A DNA stretch of 64,000 nt from Myxococcales bacterium (lineage in GTDB: Bacteria > Myxococcota_A > Polyangia > Polyangiales > Ga0077539): the NCBI GenBank assembly GCA_016792845.1, contig JAEUKH010000043.1:153846-217845 (forward strand), given 5' to 3'. The translations under genes were made by a program, and so were the position numbers. Positions 28,391 to 39,471 of this stretch are shown piece by piece (position 1 is the first letter of the stretch; the number at the start of each line of letters is the position of its first letter). The notes below the pieces were generated by a model, which had not been told where the DNA came from, did not search any database, and saw only the letters and a program-made list of their open reading frames with translations.

Positions 28391-29527
28391 CTAACCCTTC
28401 AAGAACGTGCGCGCTTTGTAGTACTTCTTCCACAAGCCGACGTCTTTGGTGGCCCGCGGTTTGACCGCGACGTCCCAGTACTGTTTGAGCACCTTGAGGT
28501 CTTCGCTGGCGTCTTTGACCGCGGCCCCGGCGAGGTTGATCACCAGGTGCTCGGGCTCGACGACGTTCTCGCCGAAGAAGTTGGCATAGAGCGCCGCGTT
28601 GAAGCCCACGCTCACGGCCTCGGCGGTGCTCATCACGGCGCCCCCGCGTTCGAGCTTGACGCCGTCGAGGGTCTTGCCCGACCGAATCTCATGAAAGGTC
28701 GTGACCAGAAGGTCGAGCACGTCGTCGCCGAGGCTCACCCGCTCGGCCGTCGAGCCCGCGAGGAGGTGCTTCACCTGCGTACGCACGATCTTCACCTCTT
28801 CGGCGAGGGCCTCGACGGGCGGCACAGTCTCGAAGTTGAACCGGCGCTTCAGCGCCGACGACATCTCGTTGACGCCGCGGTCGCGGGTGTTGGCCGTGCC
28901 GATGATGTTGAAGCCCTGGCGGGCCAAGACCACGCCGTCGTCGCCGCGCAGCTCGGGCACCACCATCACCTTGTCGCTGAGGGCGCTCAGGAGCGTGTCT
29001 TGCACCTCGTGGGGCGTGCGGGTGATCTCTTCAAATCGCACGATCTGCCCCTCGCGCATGCCGACGTACAGCGGCCCCGGGACGAGGGCCCGCGGGGTCG
29101 GCCCTTCGGCGAGCAAGAGGGCGTAATTCCACGCGTACTTGATCTGGTCTTCGGTGACCCCGGCCGAGCCCTGGATGGTCAGAAGCGAGCTGCCCGAGAT
29201 GGCGGCCGCGAGGTGCTCGCTCAGCCAGCTCTTGGCCGTGCCAGGCTCGCCGATGAGCAACAGCCCCCGGTCGCTCGCCAAGGTCACGATCGCCCGCTGG
29301 ACGAGCACGTCGTCGCCGTAAAACTTCCGCGAGATCTCGACGCTCGCAGGCGCGCCGTCGCGCGGGAAGCTCAAGGCGCGACCGCTCGACCCGAGCAGGA
29401 AGGTCTCGACCGCCCGCGGAGAGAGCCGCCAGCCCGCCGGCCGCGCGTCTCGATCGTTGGCCAAAAGTGCAGCGATTTCATCAGGATACCGCTGTTCAGC
29501 GGGGAGCCTCAGCGCCAGCTTCGACAT
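28391..29527 (-). CDS. AAA+ ATPase (MoxR/AAA_5-like)
   Basis: Walker A 'LLLIGEPGTAKS', Walker B region 'VRFEEITR', and arginine-finger region 'TANTRDRGVNE'. Confidence 0.75.
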   Translation of the reverse strand: MSKLALRLPAEQRYPDEIAALLANDRDARPAGWRLSPRAVETFLLGSSGRALSFPRDGAPASVEISRKFYGDDVLVQRAIVTLASDRGLLLIGEPGTAKSWLSEHLAAAISGSSLLTIQGSAGVTEDQIKYAWNYALLLAEGPTPRALVPGPLYVGMREGQIVRFEEITRTPHEVQDTLLSALSDKVMVVPELRGDDGVVLARQGFNIIGTANTRDRGVNEMSSALKRRFNFETVPPVEALAEEVKIVRTQVKHLLAGSTAERVSLGDDVLDLLVTTFHEIRSGKTLDGVKLERGGAVMSTAEAVSVGFNAALYANFFGENVVEPEHLVINLAGAAVKDASEDLKVLKQYWDVAVKPRATKDVGLWKKYYKARTFLKG

Positions 29528-29642
29528 CGGAGTGCGGCCGACCTTTCGGTGTCAACGTTGAGCCCGAGACGGTACCACCCTCTCGGGGTCTTGGTTTGGT
29601 CGCAAAGAACACTCTCTCGGCGCGGCGCGTATAGACTCGACC

Positions 29643-31109
29643 ATGATGAACGTGTCGACGCGTCTGCCCCTCCTCGCCGCCCTCGCCACCGCCGCCGGGG
29701 CGCTCGGGTGCAGCCACGCGTTGCAGGTGCCGAGGCCCCCGCCGGGCACGCCCTCGCGGCCGCCTCCGCTTGAGGCCTCGCGCATCGACGTGCCGCTCGA
29801 GAGCGACGTGCGCAGCACCCTCGCGGGGCTCGAGCGCGAGGTGCCGCGCACCTTTAGCACCCAGGGTCGCTTTCAGATGCTCGGGGTGACCCCGGTGGGC
29901 GTGCGGTACGAGGTCACCCGCAGCGATTTTCGCTTCTCGGTCGAGGGCGACCGACTCGTCGCAGAGACCGAGCTCTCGGTGCAGGCCGAGGCCTGCGTGG
30001 GCGCGCCCGGGGGCTTGCCCATCCCGCTCCTCGGGGGGGTGTGTCAGCCCGTGGCGTCGTGCGGGGTGAACGAGGCGCGGCGGCGGGTGGTGATCCGCAC
30101 CGCGACGCAGCTCGGCCTCACGCCCGAGTGGCAGATCGTGAGCCGCACCGAGCCCGCGGGGGTGCGCTTCGTCGACCGCTGCGAGCTCACCGCGTTCAGG
30201 GTCGACGTCACCAACATCGCCAGCGATTTCGTCGTCGCCCAGATGCGCACCGCCACCCACCAGATGGACGCTCGGATCGCCGAGCGCGGCGACCTCAGAC
30301 CCCGGGCCGAGCGGTTCTGGGCCTCGCTCCAGGCGCCCGTCGACCTCGGCGAGGGCTTCTGGCTGACCCTCTCGCCCCGCCGCGTCTTCGCCGCGCCCAT
30401 CACGCTCAGCCCCGAGCGCGTGAGCACCCACGTCGGCATCGAGACCGTCGCCACGGTCACCACCGGGGGCAGGCCCGATACCCAGGAGACCCGCCTCCCG
30501 GCGCTCGAAATGAGCGACGCGGCGGGCTCGAATCGCTTCTCGATCACCTTCGACGCGCGGGTCGGCTTCGACGAGATCAACGCCCTGGTGGGCCAGGAGT
30601 TTCGGGGTCGCACGATGCAGCTCTCGGGTCACGACGTGCTCATCCGCGACATCCGCGCGCGGGCCAGCGAGGCCGCGATGCTCTTCGAGCTCGACGTGCG
30701 CTTCACCGACCCGCCCTTCGGCAACACCGCGGGCACGGTCTACCTGGCGGGCCTCCCGGCCTTCGACGCGGCGAGCTCAAGCATGGTCGTGCGCAACGTC
30801 GATTACACCCTTGAGACCCGCAACGCGCTCTTGTCGGCGGGCGAGTGGTTCATGCGCGGGAGCCTCCGCGAAGACGTCGCGCGGCGGGCCGTCTTCCCCC
30901 TCGGGGCCCGCATCGACCGGCTGCGCACGCAGGCCCAGACCGCCCTCACCCGCGAGCTCGTGCCCGGCACGGCGCTCCGCGGGCAGATCACCGGCGTACG
31001 CCCCGCCAGCGTGTTCGTCACCGACGACGGCGTGCTCGTTCGGGTCAACGTCGACGGCGAGGCCCGGGTCACCCAGAACCTCGACACCCTCGGGCTCACG
31101 GCTCGCTGA
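29643..31109 (+). CDS. Hypothetical lipoprotein (488 aa, possibly DUF4403-like)
   Basis: 'LAALATAAGALGCS' signal peptide plus lipobox. Coherent sequence with GC3 bias. Confidence 0.5.
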   Translation: MMNVSTRLPLLAALATAAGALGCSHALQVPRPPPGTPSRPPPLEASRIDVPLESDVRSTLAGLEREVPRTFSTQGRFQMLGVTPVGVRYEVTRSDFRFSVEGDRLVAETELSVQAEACVGAPGGLPIPLLGGVCQPVASCGVNEARRRVVIRTATQLGLTPEWQIVSRTEPAGVRFVDRCELTAFRVDVTNIASDFVVAQMRTATHQMDARIAERGDLRPRAERFWASLQAPVDLGEGFWLTLSPRRVFAAPITLSPERVSTHVGIETVATVTTGGRPDTQETRLPALEMSDAAGSNRFSITFDARVGFDEINALVGQEFRGRTMQLSGHDVLIRDIRARASEAAMLFELDVRFTDPPFGNTAGTVYLAGLPAFDAASSSMVVRNVDYTLETRNALLSAGEWFMRGSLREDVARRAVFPLGARIDRLRTQAQTALTRELVPGTALRGQITGVRPASVFVTDDGVLVRVNVDGEARVTQNLDTLGLTAR

Positions 31110-32025
31110 CCGGCACCCCGAGGCCCCGCAGCACCCGCCAGACGCCCCCCTCGCTCGCGGCCACACACACCGGCGAGCCCCCCTCACGCAACACCAAGGC
31201 CGTGCCCTCGGGCGCCGCGCTCACCGGCCGCTGCCCGCGATGGAGCGCCAGCGCCGCGGCCTCCTCGACGGTCACCACCCTGACGAGCTCGCCCAGCGCC
31301 GCGAAGCCCCGCAAGGCCCCGCGGAGCCCCGGCACGAGGCCCGCGTCGGCGCGCGCGTCGAAGAGCGCCTGCCCCGGCACGCAGCCCTCGACCGAGAGCC
31401 GCCCCGAGGCGATGCGTCGCAGCGCCGTCAGGTGCCCCAGGGTGCCGAGTCGCTCGGCCAGATCACGAGCGAATGCGCGCACATAGAAGCCCTTCGAGAC
31501 CCGCATCGTGAGGCTCACGGCGCCCCGCGCGGGGTCGACCGCATCGAGATGCACTTCATGAAGTTCGACGTCGCGGGGCGGCAGCGCGACGACCTCGCCG
31601 CGACGCACCCTGACGTGCATGGCCTCGCCGTCGACCTTGATGGCGCTCACCGCCGGGGGCACCTGCGCGAGGGGCCCGGTCATCGTGTCGAGCAGGGCCC
31701 GCAGCGCGTGGGGGTCGAGCCGCGCGGGGTCGAAGGGCGCCTCAGCGGTCACGGCCCCGTCGGCGTCGAGGGAGTCGGTCGCGCGGCCTAGCTGGAGGGT
31801 GGTGCGGTACACCTTGTCGTCTGCGGTGAGCCACGACGAGAGCTTCGTCGCCTCGCCCACCAACAGCACGAGGACGCCCGTGGCCATGGGGTCGAGGGTG
31901 CCCGCGTGGCCCACCTCGCGGGTCGCGAACACCCGCCGCGCCGCGGCGACGACGTCGTGCGAGGTCACCCCCGCGGGCTTGTCGACCCCGAGCACCCCAT
32001 GAAACAGCGCCGGGCGGCGGGTCAC
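31096..32025 (-). CDS. truB: tRNA pseudouridine(55) synthase
   Basis: 'GHAGTLDPMATGVLVL' catalytic Asp motif. Last gene of the nusA-infB operon. Confidence 0.9.
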   Translation of the reverse strand: MTRRPALFHGVLGVDKPAGVTSHDVVAAARRVFATREVGHAGTLDPMATGVLVLLVGEATKLSSWLTADDKVYRTTLQLGRATDSLDADGAVTAEAPFDPARLDPHALRALLDTMTGPLAQVPPAVSAIKVDGEAMHVRVRRGEVVALPPRDVELHEVHLDAVDPARGAVSLTMRVSKGFYVRAFARDLAERLGTLGHLTALRRIASGRLSVEGCVPGQALFDARADAGLVPGLRGALRGFAALGELVRVVTVEEAAALALHRGQRPVSAAPEGTALVLREGGSPVCVAASEGGVWRVLRGLGVPVSEP

Positions 32026-32486
32026 GGCTTCTTCAGTTCGGTCGCCACTTCGGCCAGGAGCTTGTCGAGGCCATCGCCGGCGTGGAGGTGCGCGTCGTGC
32101 TCGATGCTCAGCACCGGCACCCTTCGCATTTCGAGGCGCGGCGCGAGCTTCACCCGGAGGCTCGGCGCGAGGCTCCCGAGGCGCTTGCCCGCGGTCAGGG
32201 CGCGGCGCCCGTCGGCGTCTTCGCCCATGATCACGTAGCGGACCCGCGCGAGCGAGAGGTCGTCGGTGACCTCCACCGACGAGATCACCAGCTCGCGGAG
32301 CCGCGGGTCGTCGAAATCGCGGAGCAGGATCGCCGAGAGTTCTTGTTGGATGCGCGCGGCCACGCGGCCTGCGCGACGGTGCGGGTCAATCTTCCGCGTC
32401 GTCGGGGTTGTCATCTGAGAGCTTCTCCTCGATGCCTGCGAAGGGGTCTCGTTCGCCGACGGGTTCGTCGTCGCCGTACGACACAA
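32022..32486 (-). CDS. rbfA: Ribosome-binding factor A
   Basis: 'RVAARIQQELSAIL', size and operon context. The true start is probably the internal 'MTTPTTRK' near 32412. Confidence 0.8.
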   Translation of the reverse strand: MCRTATTNPSANETPSQASRRSSQMTTPTTRKIDPHRRAGRVAARIQQELSAILLRDFDDPRLRELVISSVEVTDDLSLARVRYVIMGEDADGRRALTAGKRLGSLAPSLRVKLAPRLEMRRVPVLSIEHDAHLHAGDGLDKLLAEVATELKKP

Positions 32487-32766
32487 TCTCGATCTCGCGG
32501 TCGGTCAGCAGGGCCTCTCCGGCCACCGCCGACGCCACCGTCGAGGTCACCTTGTCGCAGACCTCATTACAAAGTGAACGGTCGTTGGTGACCATCACCA
32601 CCCCGAGGGTGGCGAGCTGCCACCGCTCGAGGTCGCCGACTTCAGCGATCGAGACGTTGAAGCGCGCGCGCACGCGGTCGACCGCCTTGCGAACCACCGC
32701 GCGGCGATCTTTCAAAGAATGGGCCGCCATGATGTGCAGCCTGAGACGCAGAAGACCTACCACCAT
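32386..32766 (-). CDS. DUF503 (YlxP-like) protein
   Basis: 'MVVGLLRLRLHIMAAHSLKDRRAVV' is the typical DUF503 N-terminus. Sits in the conserved position between infB and rbfA. Confidence 0.7.
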   Translation of the reverse strand: MVVGLLRLRLHIMAAHSLKDRRAVVRKAVDRVRARFNVSIAEVGDLERWQLATLGVVMVTNDRSLCNEVCDKVTSTVASAVAGEALLTDREIEIVSYGDDEPVGERDPFAGIEEKLSDDNPDDAED

Positions 32767-32785
32767 AGGGGCAGAAGGTTTGCCT

Positions 32786-33271
32786 TCATTCAACCTGCCA
32801 CGCAACCCGCAGCCCCACTTCGTGCTCGCGCGCCGTGAGGAGCGCGCTTCGCAGCGCGAGGAGCATCATCGCCGCGAGGCTCTCGGGCTCGGCGTCGAGC
32901 TCGTCGGGGCCCGGCACGCGGCGCCCCGAGAGCACCGCGAGCACGTCTTCGGCCTTGACCACGCGGCGCTTCTTGCCGACCCAGCCGTCGCTGATGACCC
33001 GGGCGATCACCGCCGCCACCCGCGGCCTGAGCTCGGGCGACAGCACGTTCTTGACCCTGATAGCCATGGCGCGGGCCTTGTCGGGCGAGAAGCGCCCGCC
33101 GTGGGGGTTACGGGCGGTGTACTTCCACGGGCGGCCTGAGGCCTCGGTCACGGCGGCGAGCACGGCCTCGAAGGGGTCGCGATCGTCCCATGAGAATTCC
33201 CAGGTGCCAGGGAGCTCGTCTCCGTCTTCGTCGATCAGTTGAAAGCGCGTTCGACCTGAGAGTTGCTGCAT
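32786..33271 (-). CDS. Hypothetical protein (161 aa) inserted in the nusA-infB operon
   Basis: Coherent ORF with GC3 bias, on the same strand between infB and the DUF503 gene. Confidence 0.45.
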   Translation of the reverse strand: MQQLSGRTRFQLIDEDGDELPGTWEFSWDDRDPFEAVLAAVTEASGRPWKYTARNPHGGRFSPDKARAMAIRVKNVLSPELRPRVAAVIARVISDGWVGKKRRVVKAEDVLAVLSGRRVPGPDELDAEPESLAAMMLLALRSALLTAREHEVGLRVAWQVE

Positions 33272-33295
33272 CTGGCACCGCCCCTGTGGTGACGC

Positions 33296-36259
33296 TCAGA
33301 GCGTCGCCGCGATCTCTTCGAGTTCGTAGGCTTCGATGACGTCGTTGGCCTTGATGTCAGGGGTGTTGTCGAGCGAGATACCGCACTCGAAGCCCTGCGC
33401 CACTTCCTTGACGTCTTCCTTGATGCGGCGAATCGAGGCGATCTTGCCCTCCCACTTCACCGCGCCGTCTCGCACGAGCCGCGCGTTCGCGCCACGCTTG
33501 ACCGACCCGTCGATGACCATGCAGCCCGCGACGATGCCGACCTTGGTGATGTTGAACACCTGGCGGATCTCGGCCTTGCCGAGAGCCTTCTCGACGAACA
33601 CCGGCTTGAGCTGACCGAGCATGAGCTGCTTCAGGTCGTCAACGGCCTCGTAGATCACGTTGTAGAACTTCAGCGCCACCTTGGCGTCGTCGGCCGCGGC
33701 CTGAGCCTTGCCCGCGGGGCGGACGTTGAAGCCGATGACCACCGCGTTGCTCGCCGAGGCGAGCTGCACGTCGGTCTCGGTGATCGCGCCCACCGCGCCG
33801 TGAATGACCCGAACCTGCACCTTCTCGGTCGACAGGGCCGTGAGGGCCTGGCGCAGACCTTCGACGGCGCCCTGGGCGTCGGCCTTGATGACCACGCCCA
33901 CCGTGGCCGCGCCGTCTTTCTGAAGCGCGCGGGCGATGGCGTCGAGGCCGCGGGTGAGGTCGATCTGCGGCTTGTTCACCTTCTCGATGGCCTTGAGCTC
34001 TTCGCTCACCTCTTGGGCCTTGCGGAGGTCGCTCGCGACGTAGAGCTTGTCGCCCGCGTTCGGCACATCGCTGAGACCCAAGATCTCGATCGGCGTCGAG
34101 GGGCCGGCCTTGTCGAGGGGCTTGCCGCGGTCGTCGAACATCGCGCGGATACGCCCGTACGCCGAGCCGACGAGCACCACGTCGCCGTTGCGCACGGTGC
34201 CCTCTTGCACGAGCACCCGGGCCACGGCGCCGCGGCCCTTGTCGAGCTTGGCCTCGAAGACCGTGCCCACGCCGGGCTTCTTCGGGTCGGCCTTCAGGTC
34301 GAGGATCTCGGTCTGAAGGGCGAGGGTCTCGAGCATCTCGTCGAGGCCCTGGCGCGCCTTCGCGCTCACCTTCGAGACGAGGGTCTCGCCGCCGAATTCT
34401 TCAGCGATGACCTCGTACTGCATGAGCTGTTGCAGCACCTTGTCGGGGTTGGCGTCGCCCTTGTCCATCTTGTTGAGGGCGACGATGAGCGGCACCTTGG
34501 CGGCCTTGGCGTGGTTGATCGCCTCGACCGTCGTGGGCATCACGCCGTCGTCGGCGGCCACCACGAGCACGGCCACGTCGGTGAGCTTCGCGCCGCGGGC
34601 ACGGAGCGCGGTGAACGCCTCGTGACCCGGCGTGTCGAAGAACACCACGGTGCCGCGCTTGGTGTTGACCCGGTACGCGCGCACCTCTTGGGTGATGCCG
34701 CCGGCCTCGCCCTCGGCGACCCGCGACCCGAGGATGGCGTCGAGCAGCGTGGTCTTGCCGTGGTCGACGTGACCCATCACCGTCACCACCGGCGCGCGCG
34801 GCATGAGCTCGGTCTTGCCCGAGTCGGCCGGGAGCGCCTTCTTGATGATGTCGTCGATGTTGAGGGCCACGTCTTCGACGGTGAACCCGAACTCGCTCGC
34901 GAGGAACTTGGCCGTGTCAGAGTCGAGCGTCGAGTTGATGTTCTTGCCCGTCTCGCCCGCTTGGATGAGCTTGATAAGCACGTCGGTGGCACGAATGCTC
35001 ATGCGGCGCGCGAGCTCTTGCAGCGAGATCTGGGCCTCGATCTTGATGACCTTCTTGTGCTGGGCCATCTCGGTCTGAGGCGTCTGCAGGCCGCGCCCGA
35101 GGCCGCCCATGCGACCCTGGTTTTGACCCCACGGGCGACCGCCCTGACCCTGATACCCCGGGCGACCCATCGAGCCGCCCATGCCAGGCCCGCCCGGGCG
35201 CTGCGGCGTACCCCGCCCCGGCACCGGACGACCCACCTGGTTGCGGTCGACGTTGACGATGGTCGGGCGACCCCGCGGGGGCATCCCGGGCCCACCCGGG
35301 CCTGAGGTCGGACCCATCGAGGGGCGACCCGGCCCGCCCATCGGCGGACCCATCGAGGGGCGACCCTGCGGCCGCGTGTTGGTCTCCTCGTACACGATGG
35401 TCTTCTTGATCGGATCCCATCGCGCGATGCCCGTACGCTTCTCACCCGGCGGCCCCGGCGGAACACTCGGCCGCGGCGGCGGGTTGCTCGGCCGTGACTC
35501 CTCGCGCGGCGCCTCGGCTTGGCGGCTCTCGTTGGCAGGCCCGCGCGGCGGCGCCGCGGGCTGCGGGCGCACCTCGACCCGCGCCACCGGCGGGGCCTTG
35601 GGGATCTCAACCGCCACAGGCTCGACCTTGGGCGCTTCGACCTTCACGGGTTCAACCTTCGGCGCTTCAACCACGGGCACTTCGACCTTCACGGGCTCGA
35701 CCTTGGGGGCCTCGACCACCGGCGCCTCAGCCCGCACGGGCTCGGCCTTCGGGGTCTCGACGACCGGCGCTTCGACCTTGGGCGCCTCGACCTTGGGCGC
35801 CTCGACCGCCGCGGGCTCGGCCTTCACGGGCTCAGCCTTCGGGGCCTCGACCGCGGGCTCGGCCTTCACGGGCTCGGGCTCGCGCGCCTCGACCCGGGGG
35901 CTCTCACCCCGCGGCGCCTCGGCCGAGGCGTCATGCGAGGCCTCTGCGCGAACGGGCTCGGGGGCGGGCTCTTCGCGCGGCGCGACCCGGGGCGCGGCGA
36001 CGGGGCGCGGCGGCGGCGCGGGCGGGGCCGGCGGCTCGACGCGCTTCAGCTTGCGAATGCCCGGCGCGACCTCGACCTCGACGAAGCTCGCCTGTCGGTC
36101 TTTCAAGATCTGACTCTTGATGATCTCGACGCTCGACCCCTCGACCTTCGACATCTTGTTCTTCACGTCGATGCCCATGGCGCGGATCTTCTGGAGGACG
36201 GTCTCCGTATCCATTTTGAGATCCGCTGCGATCTCGTACACTTTCACCGTACTCATCAT
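33296..36259 (-). CDS. infB: Translation initiation factor IF-2
   Basis: '[12 protein letters not shown]' G1 motif, 'DTPGHEAF' G3 and 'NKMD' G4. N-terminal region carries PEPVKAE/APKVE repeats. 987 aa. Confidence 0.95.
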   Translation of the reverse strand: MMSTVKVYEIAADLKMDTETVLQKIRAMGIDVKNKMSKVEGSSVEIIKSQILKDRQASFVEVEVAPGIRKLKRVEPPAPPAPPPRPVAAPRVAPREEPAPEPVRAEASHDASAEAPRGESPRVEAREPEPVKAEPAVEAPKAEPVKAEPAAVEAPKVEAPKVEAPVVETPKAEPVRAEAPVVEAPKVEPVKVEVPVVEAPKVEPVKVEAPKVEPVAVEIPKAPPVARVEVRPQPAAPPRGPANESRQAEAPREESRPSNPPPRPSVPPGPPGEKRTGIARWDPIKKTIVYEETNTRPQGRPSMGPPMGGPGRPSMGPTSGPGGPGMPPRGRPTIVNVDRNQVGRPVPGRGTPQRPGGPGMGGSMGRPGYQGQGGRPWGQNQGRMGGLGRGLQTPQTEMAQHKKVIKIEAQISLQELARRMSIRATDVLIKLIQAGETGKNINSTLDSDTAKFLASEFGFTVEDVALNIDDIIKKALPADSGKTELMPRAPVVTVMGHVDHGKTTLLDAILGSRVAEGEAGGITQEVRAYRVNTKRGTVVFFDTPGHEAFTALRARGAKLTDVAVLVVAADDGVMPTTVEAINHAKAAKVPLIVALNKMDKGDANPDKVLQQLMQYEVIAEEFGGETLVSKVSAKARQGLDEMLETLALQTEILDLKADPKKPGVGTVFEAKLDKGRGAVARVLVQEGTVRNGDVVLVGSAYGRIRAMFDDRGKPLDKAGPSTPIEILGLSDVPNAGDKLYVASDLRKAQEVSEELKAIEKVNKPQIDLTRGLDAIARALQKDGAATVGVVIKADAQGAVEGLRQALTALSTEKVQVRVIHGAVGAITETDVQLASASNAVVIGFNVRPAGKAQAAADDAKVALKFYNVIYEAVDDLKQLMLGQLKPVFVEKALGKAEIRQVFNITKVGIVAGCMVIDGSVKRGANARLVRDGAVKWEGKIASIRRIKEDVKEVAQGFECGISLDNTPDIKANDVIEAYELEEIAATL
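35560..35900. repeat. Degenerate tandem repeats (about 18-24 bp units) inside the infB N-terminal coding region
   Basis: Repeated 'gggctcgaccttg/cacgggctcg...' units encode [15 protein letters not shown]-type repeats. Confidence 0.6.
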
Positions 36260-37053
36260 CGCTCCTCCAGTCCCGCGAGGCGATCGAGTGTCGCCACGAG
36301 CTCCATCGCCAGCGGTGCGCTCTGCACTCCGAGGAGCGCAACCTCACCGCGACCCAACCACTGCCCAAGCTCAGCCTTTGAGCCGTATTTTCTAAGCACC
36401 GGGCCGCGGCTCTCGCCCTCGGCCTCGGTCTCTGCCGCGAGCGCGTGGGCGTGTTCGCCGGCGTCGCGGGCCACCACAATCAACGGTACCAACGTATGCT
36501 CCAACGCGGTCATGAGCGCCTCGGTGCCTACCGCGAGCGATCGGGTACGCCATGCGACCCCCACAAGGGAAGCCGCTTTTGACCTCAGACCGCGGGCCAA
36601 ATCACCCAAGACCACCACGGGGTCAAGGTCGCGCTGCACTTCGACCTTCAAACTGCGCTCGGCGGCGTGCCGCTTGACCATCTCGGTCACGCACCGACGC
36701 GTCGGGTGAACCCACGCGCCGCGCCCGCCTCGGGCCTTGCCGGGGTCGACCGCGACGCGCCCGTCGGGGCCCGCGACCACTCGCAGCATCACCTCGGGCC
36801 GGTCGCCCTGACGACAGCCGACGCACGTACGCCGCGGGCCCGTCGGGGCCTCGACCTCGCGCGTCGGCACCTCAACCGCCGGCGACCTCCCTGCCGCCGC
36901 GGGCGACGCCGCCGACGCCGCCTGACGCGGGGCCGTCGGGCGTGCGCCACCCTGGGGCTTGGGCGCCTGCGGGGCGCGGCCCTTTCGCGGTGACTTCGGG
37001 GTGGGTTTCAACGCTTCTGCCATGGTGATCAAAGGGTCTGTTCGTCTCCTCAA
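36256..37053 (-). CDS. YlxR (DUF448)/L7Ae-like fusion protein
   Basis: 'RTCVGCRQGDRPEVMLRVV' (YlxR) followed by an L7Ae/YlxQ-like region 'LAVGTEALMTALEHTLVPLIVVARDAGE'. Overlaps infB by 4 nt. Confidence 0.75.
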   Translation of the reverse strand: MRRRTDPLITMAEALKPTPKSPRKGRAPQAPKPQGGARPTAPRQAASAASPAAAGRSPAVEVPTREVEAPTGPRRTCVGCRQGDRPEVMLRVVAGPDGRVAVDPGKARGGRGAWVHPTRRCVTEMVKRHAAERSLKVEVQRDLDPVVVLGDLARGLRSKAASLVGVAWRTRSLAVGTEALMTALEHTLVPLIVVARDAGEHAHALAAETEAEGESRGPVLRKYGSKAELGQWLGRGEVALLGVQSAPLAMELVATLDRLAGLEER

Positions 37054-37083
37054 CGATGGTCTACGCGACGCGTTCGGGCCTCA

Positions 37084-38751
37084 TCACGAGGCCGCAGCCT
37101 CGTCGCCCGATGCACTCTCGGCGGCCTCGCGGCGCGCGGCCTCGATCACCTTCTGCTCGCTGCTCAAGAAGGTCGCCGCGCCCTGCTTGATCTGTCGCAC
37201 CTTCTTCAGCGACAGCGCCGTACGCTTCACGAGCTCTTCTTCGGTGATGCTGTTGAGCGCCTCGACGGTCTTGAGCCCCGAGGTCTCAAGGAGGCTCACG
37301 GTGTGCTCGCCAACGCCGCGCACGAACATCAGCCGGTCGCGCTCGCTGAGCGCGTCGGTGCGCTTCGAGGCCTCACGGATGCGCTTCTGCCGAAGCTCCT
37401 CCATCGCCTCTTCGGCGGCGGCCTTGATACGGTCGGCGTTCTCGGCGCCCCCGAGCCCGGGGATGCCCCCGAGCTCTTCGCTGCTCGCCTCGGCCACATC
37501 TTCGAGGTTGCGGAAGCCGAGCTTGTACATCGTCTGCGCCGCCGCCGGGGTGATGCCCGCGATGAGCGAGAGGGCGTCGATGCTCTCGTCTTCTTGCAGC
37601 TTGAATTTGCTCTCTGAGATGATGTCGAGCTTCCACCCGGTGAGCTGCGACGCGAGGCGCACGTTCTGGCCCTTGCGGCCGATGGCCAGCGAGAGCTTCT
37701 CGTCGGGCACCACGAGCTCCATGCTCTTGTCGCTCTCGTTGATCACCACCCGCGCGATCTCGGCCGGCGCGATGGCGTTGCAGACAAAGCGCGCGGGGTC
37801 GCGGTCGTAGGGCACGATGTCGATGCGCTCGCCCCGGAGCTCTTGCACCACGGCCTGCACCCGCGAACCCTTGACGCCCACGCAGGCGCCCACCGGGTCG
37901 ACGTCGGTGGCCTTCGAGGTCACCGCGATCTTGCTGCGCACGCCAGGCTCGCGGGCCGCCGCCACCACCCGCACGATGCCCTCATAGATCTCAGGCACCT
38001 CGGCCTCGAAGAGCTTGATGAGCAGCCCCACGTCGGTGCGCGACAAGAGCACCTGGGGCCCCTTGGCCTCGCGGTCGATGTCGCGAACGTACGCCACGAT
38101 GCGCTCGCCGGGCCGGTAGTTCTCGCGCGGCACCTGGTCGCGGGCCTTGAGGATGGCCTCGGTGCGCCCGAGGTCGACGATGATGTCGTTGCGCTCGAAG
38201 CGGCGAAAGATGCCCGTGATGATCTCGCCCTTGCGGTCTTTGTACTCGTTAAAGACCAGCTCGCGCTCGGCGTCGCGCACCCGCTGAATGATCACCTGCT
38301 TGGCGGCCTGCGCGGCGATGCGCCCGAAGCCCTTGCGCGCGGCCTTGAGGAGCAAAATGTCGCCGAACTGGCGCTCTTGCTCTTCGGCCTTGCGGTTGTC
38401 TTCGATGCGGTAAAACACCTGAAAATCGAGCTTGTCGCCGGCCTCGACGTCGAGCGAGAGGGCGTGCGCCTTTTCGAGCGAGATCTCTTGCTCGGGCTGC
38501 GCCACGTCGTCGACCACGGTCATGCGCTGAAAGAGGTCGACGCCCCCCTCGCGCTCGTTGAAGCGCGCGACGAGGTCACGGGTGCCACCGAGGTGCTTGC
38601 GCGCCGCCGAAAGAATGGCGCTCTCGAGAGTCTCGACGAGCACCGCACGCTCAATGCCCTTGTCCTTCGCGACCACGTCGAGGGTCGACGCGAGGTTGGG
38701 GTTCGCGGGAGCCGGGGCTGCCGGTGCCTGGGGTTGCTTGGTCGCCATGGT
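37084..38751 (-). CDS. nusA: Transcription termination/antitermination factor NusA
   Basis: S1 and two KH domains, C-terminal acidic repeats. Start at the internal 'MATKQPQ'. Confidence 0.95.
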   Translation of the reverse strand, partial: TMATKQPQAPAAPAPANPNLASTLDVVAKDKGIERAVLVETLESAILSAARKHLGGTRDLVARFNEREGGVDLFQRMTVVDDVAQPEQEISLEKAHALSLDVEAGDKLDFQVFYRIEDNRKAEEQERQFGDILLLKAARKGFGRIAAQAAKQVIIQRVRDAERELVFNEYKDRKGEIITGIFRRFERNDIIVDLGRTEAILKARDQVPRENYRPGERIVAYVRDIDREAKGPQVLLSRTDVGLLIKLFEAEVPEIYEGIVRVVAAAREPGVRSKIAVTSKATDVDPVGACVGVKGSRVQAVVQELRGERIDIVPYDRDPARFVCNAIAPAEIARVVINESDKSMELVVPDEKLSLAIGRKGQNVRLASQLTGWKLDIISESKFKLQEDESIDALSLIAGITPAAAQTMYKLGFRNLEDVAEASSEELGGIPGLGGAENADRIKAAAEEAMEELRQKRIREASKRTDALSERDRLMFVRGVGEHTVSLLETSGLKTVEALNSITEEELVKRTALSLKKVRQIKQGAATFLSSEQKVIEAARREAAESASGDEAAAS

Positions 38752-38817
38752 GTCTGACCTTCCGACTGTCGTGGGGTCGTGCGAGGGACGCCGCATGGGT
38801 GCGGCGCCCGTCGCCCT

Positions 38818-39471
38818 TCAGGTGCCCTCAGCGCCCACTGGGGCCTTCGGGCTTTTCGGGTTCTTCTTCGTATCTGACGCGCGCGCCTTGCCCGGGCGCA
38901 CCTTTGGCGGGGCCTTGATCTCTGCGAGCTTGGCCCGCGCGATCAACCCCACCGGGACTTCAACCACGCCCTCTTTGGCCGTCACCCGCACGGCCCACGG
39001 GCCATGCTTGGCCCCCGGCGCCGTGGCCGCGGTGCCCGCCAAGGGCGCCTCAAACGCGAGTTTGCCGTCGAGGGCTTGCCGGAGCTTCAAGCGCACCGTC
39101 AACCCCTGAAAGCGGTCAAAGTCTTCGCGCTTCTGCAAGGGTCGCTCGAAGCCCGGGCTCGACACCTCGAGGTCGTACGCGAGCTCGATCGCGTCGACGG
39201 TGTCGAGGTGCGCCGACACGTCTCGGCTCACCGCCACGCACTGGTCGGCGGCCACCCCGGGGCGCTCGGCCGAAGGCAACACCCGCGGATCACCCCCCGG
39301 GAGGTCGATGTACAACCTCAGGATGCCGCGCCCGTTGCCCTGCAACCACTCGATGGCCACCAGGTCGAGACCGTGAGGCGTTACGAGGGGTTCAAGCTCA
39401 GACCGAAGTTGGGAGACGTCGACGCGCAACCTTGCACCGTGCCCGAACGAGACGGGCCACTCAAGGGTCAT
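38818..39471 (-). CDS. rimP: Ribosome maturation factor RimP, with a Lys/Pro-rich C-terminal tail
   Basis: 'LEPLVTPHGLDLVAIEW...LRLYIDLPGG...VSSPGFERPL' are RimP hallmarks. Immediately upstream of nusA. Confidence 0.85.
   Translation of the reverse strand: MTLEWPVSFGHGARLRVDVSQLRSELEPLVTPHGLDLVAIEWLQGNGRGILRLYIDLPGGDPRVLPSAERPGVAADQCVAVSRDVSAHLDTVDAIELAYDLEVSSPGFERPLQKREDFDRFQGLTVRLKLRQALDGKLAFEAPLAGTAATAPGAKHGPWAVRVTAKEGVVEVPVGLIARAKLAEIKAPPKVRPGKARASDTKKNPKSPKAPVGAEGT

Noticed and set aside
26378-29773. 1131-aa plus-strand ORF
   Set aside because: Antisense to the AAA+ and DUF5682-like genes. The Arg/Gly/Glu-rich composition indicates a shadow frame.
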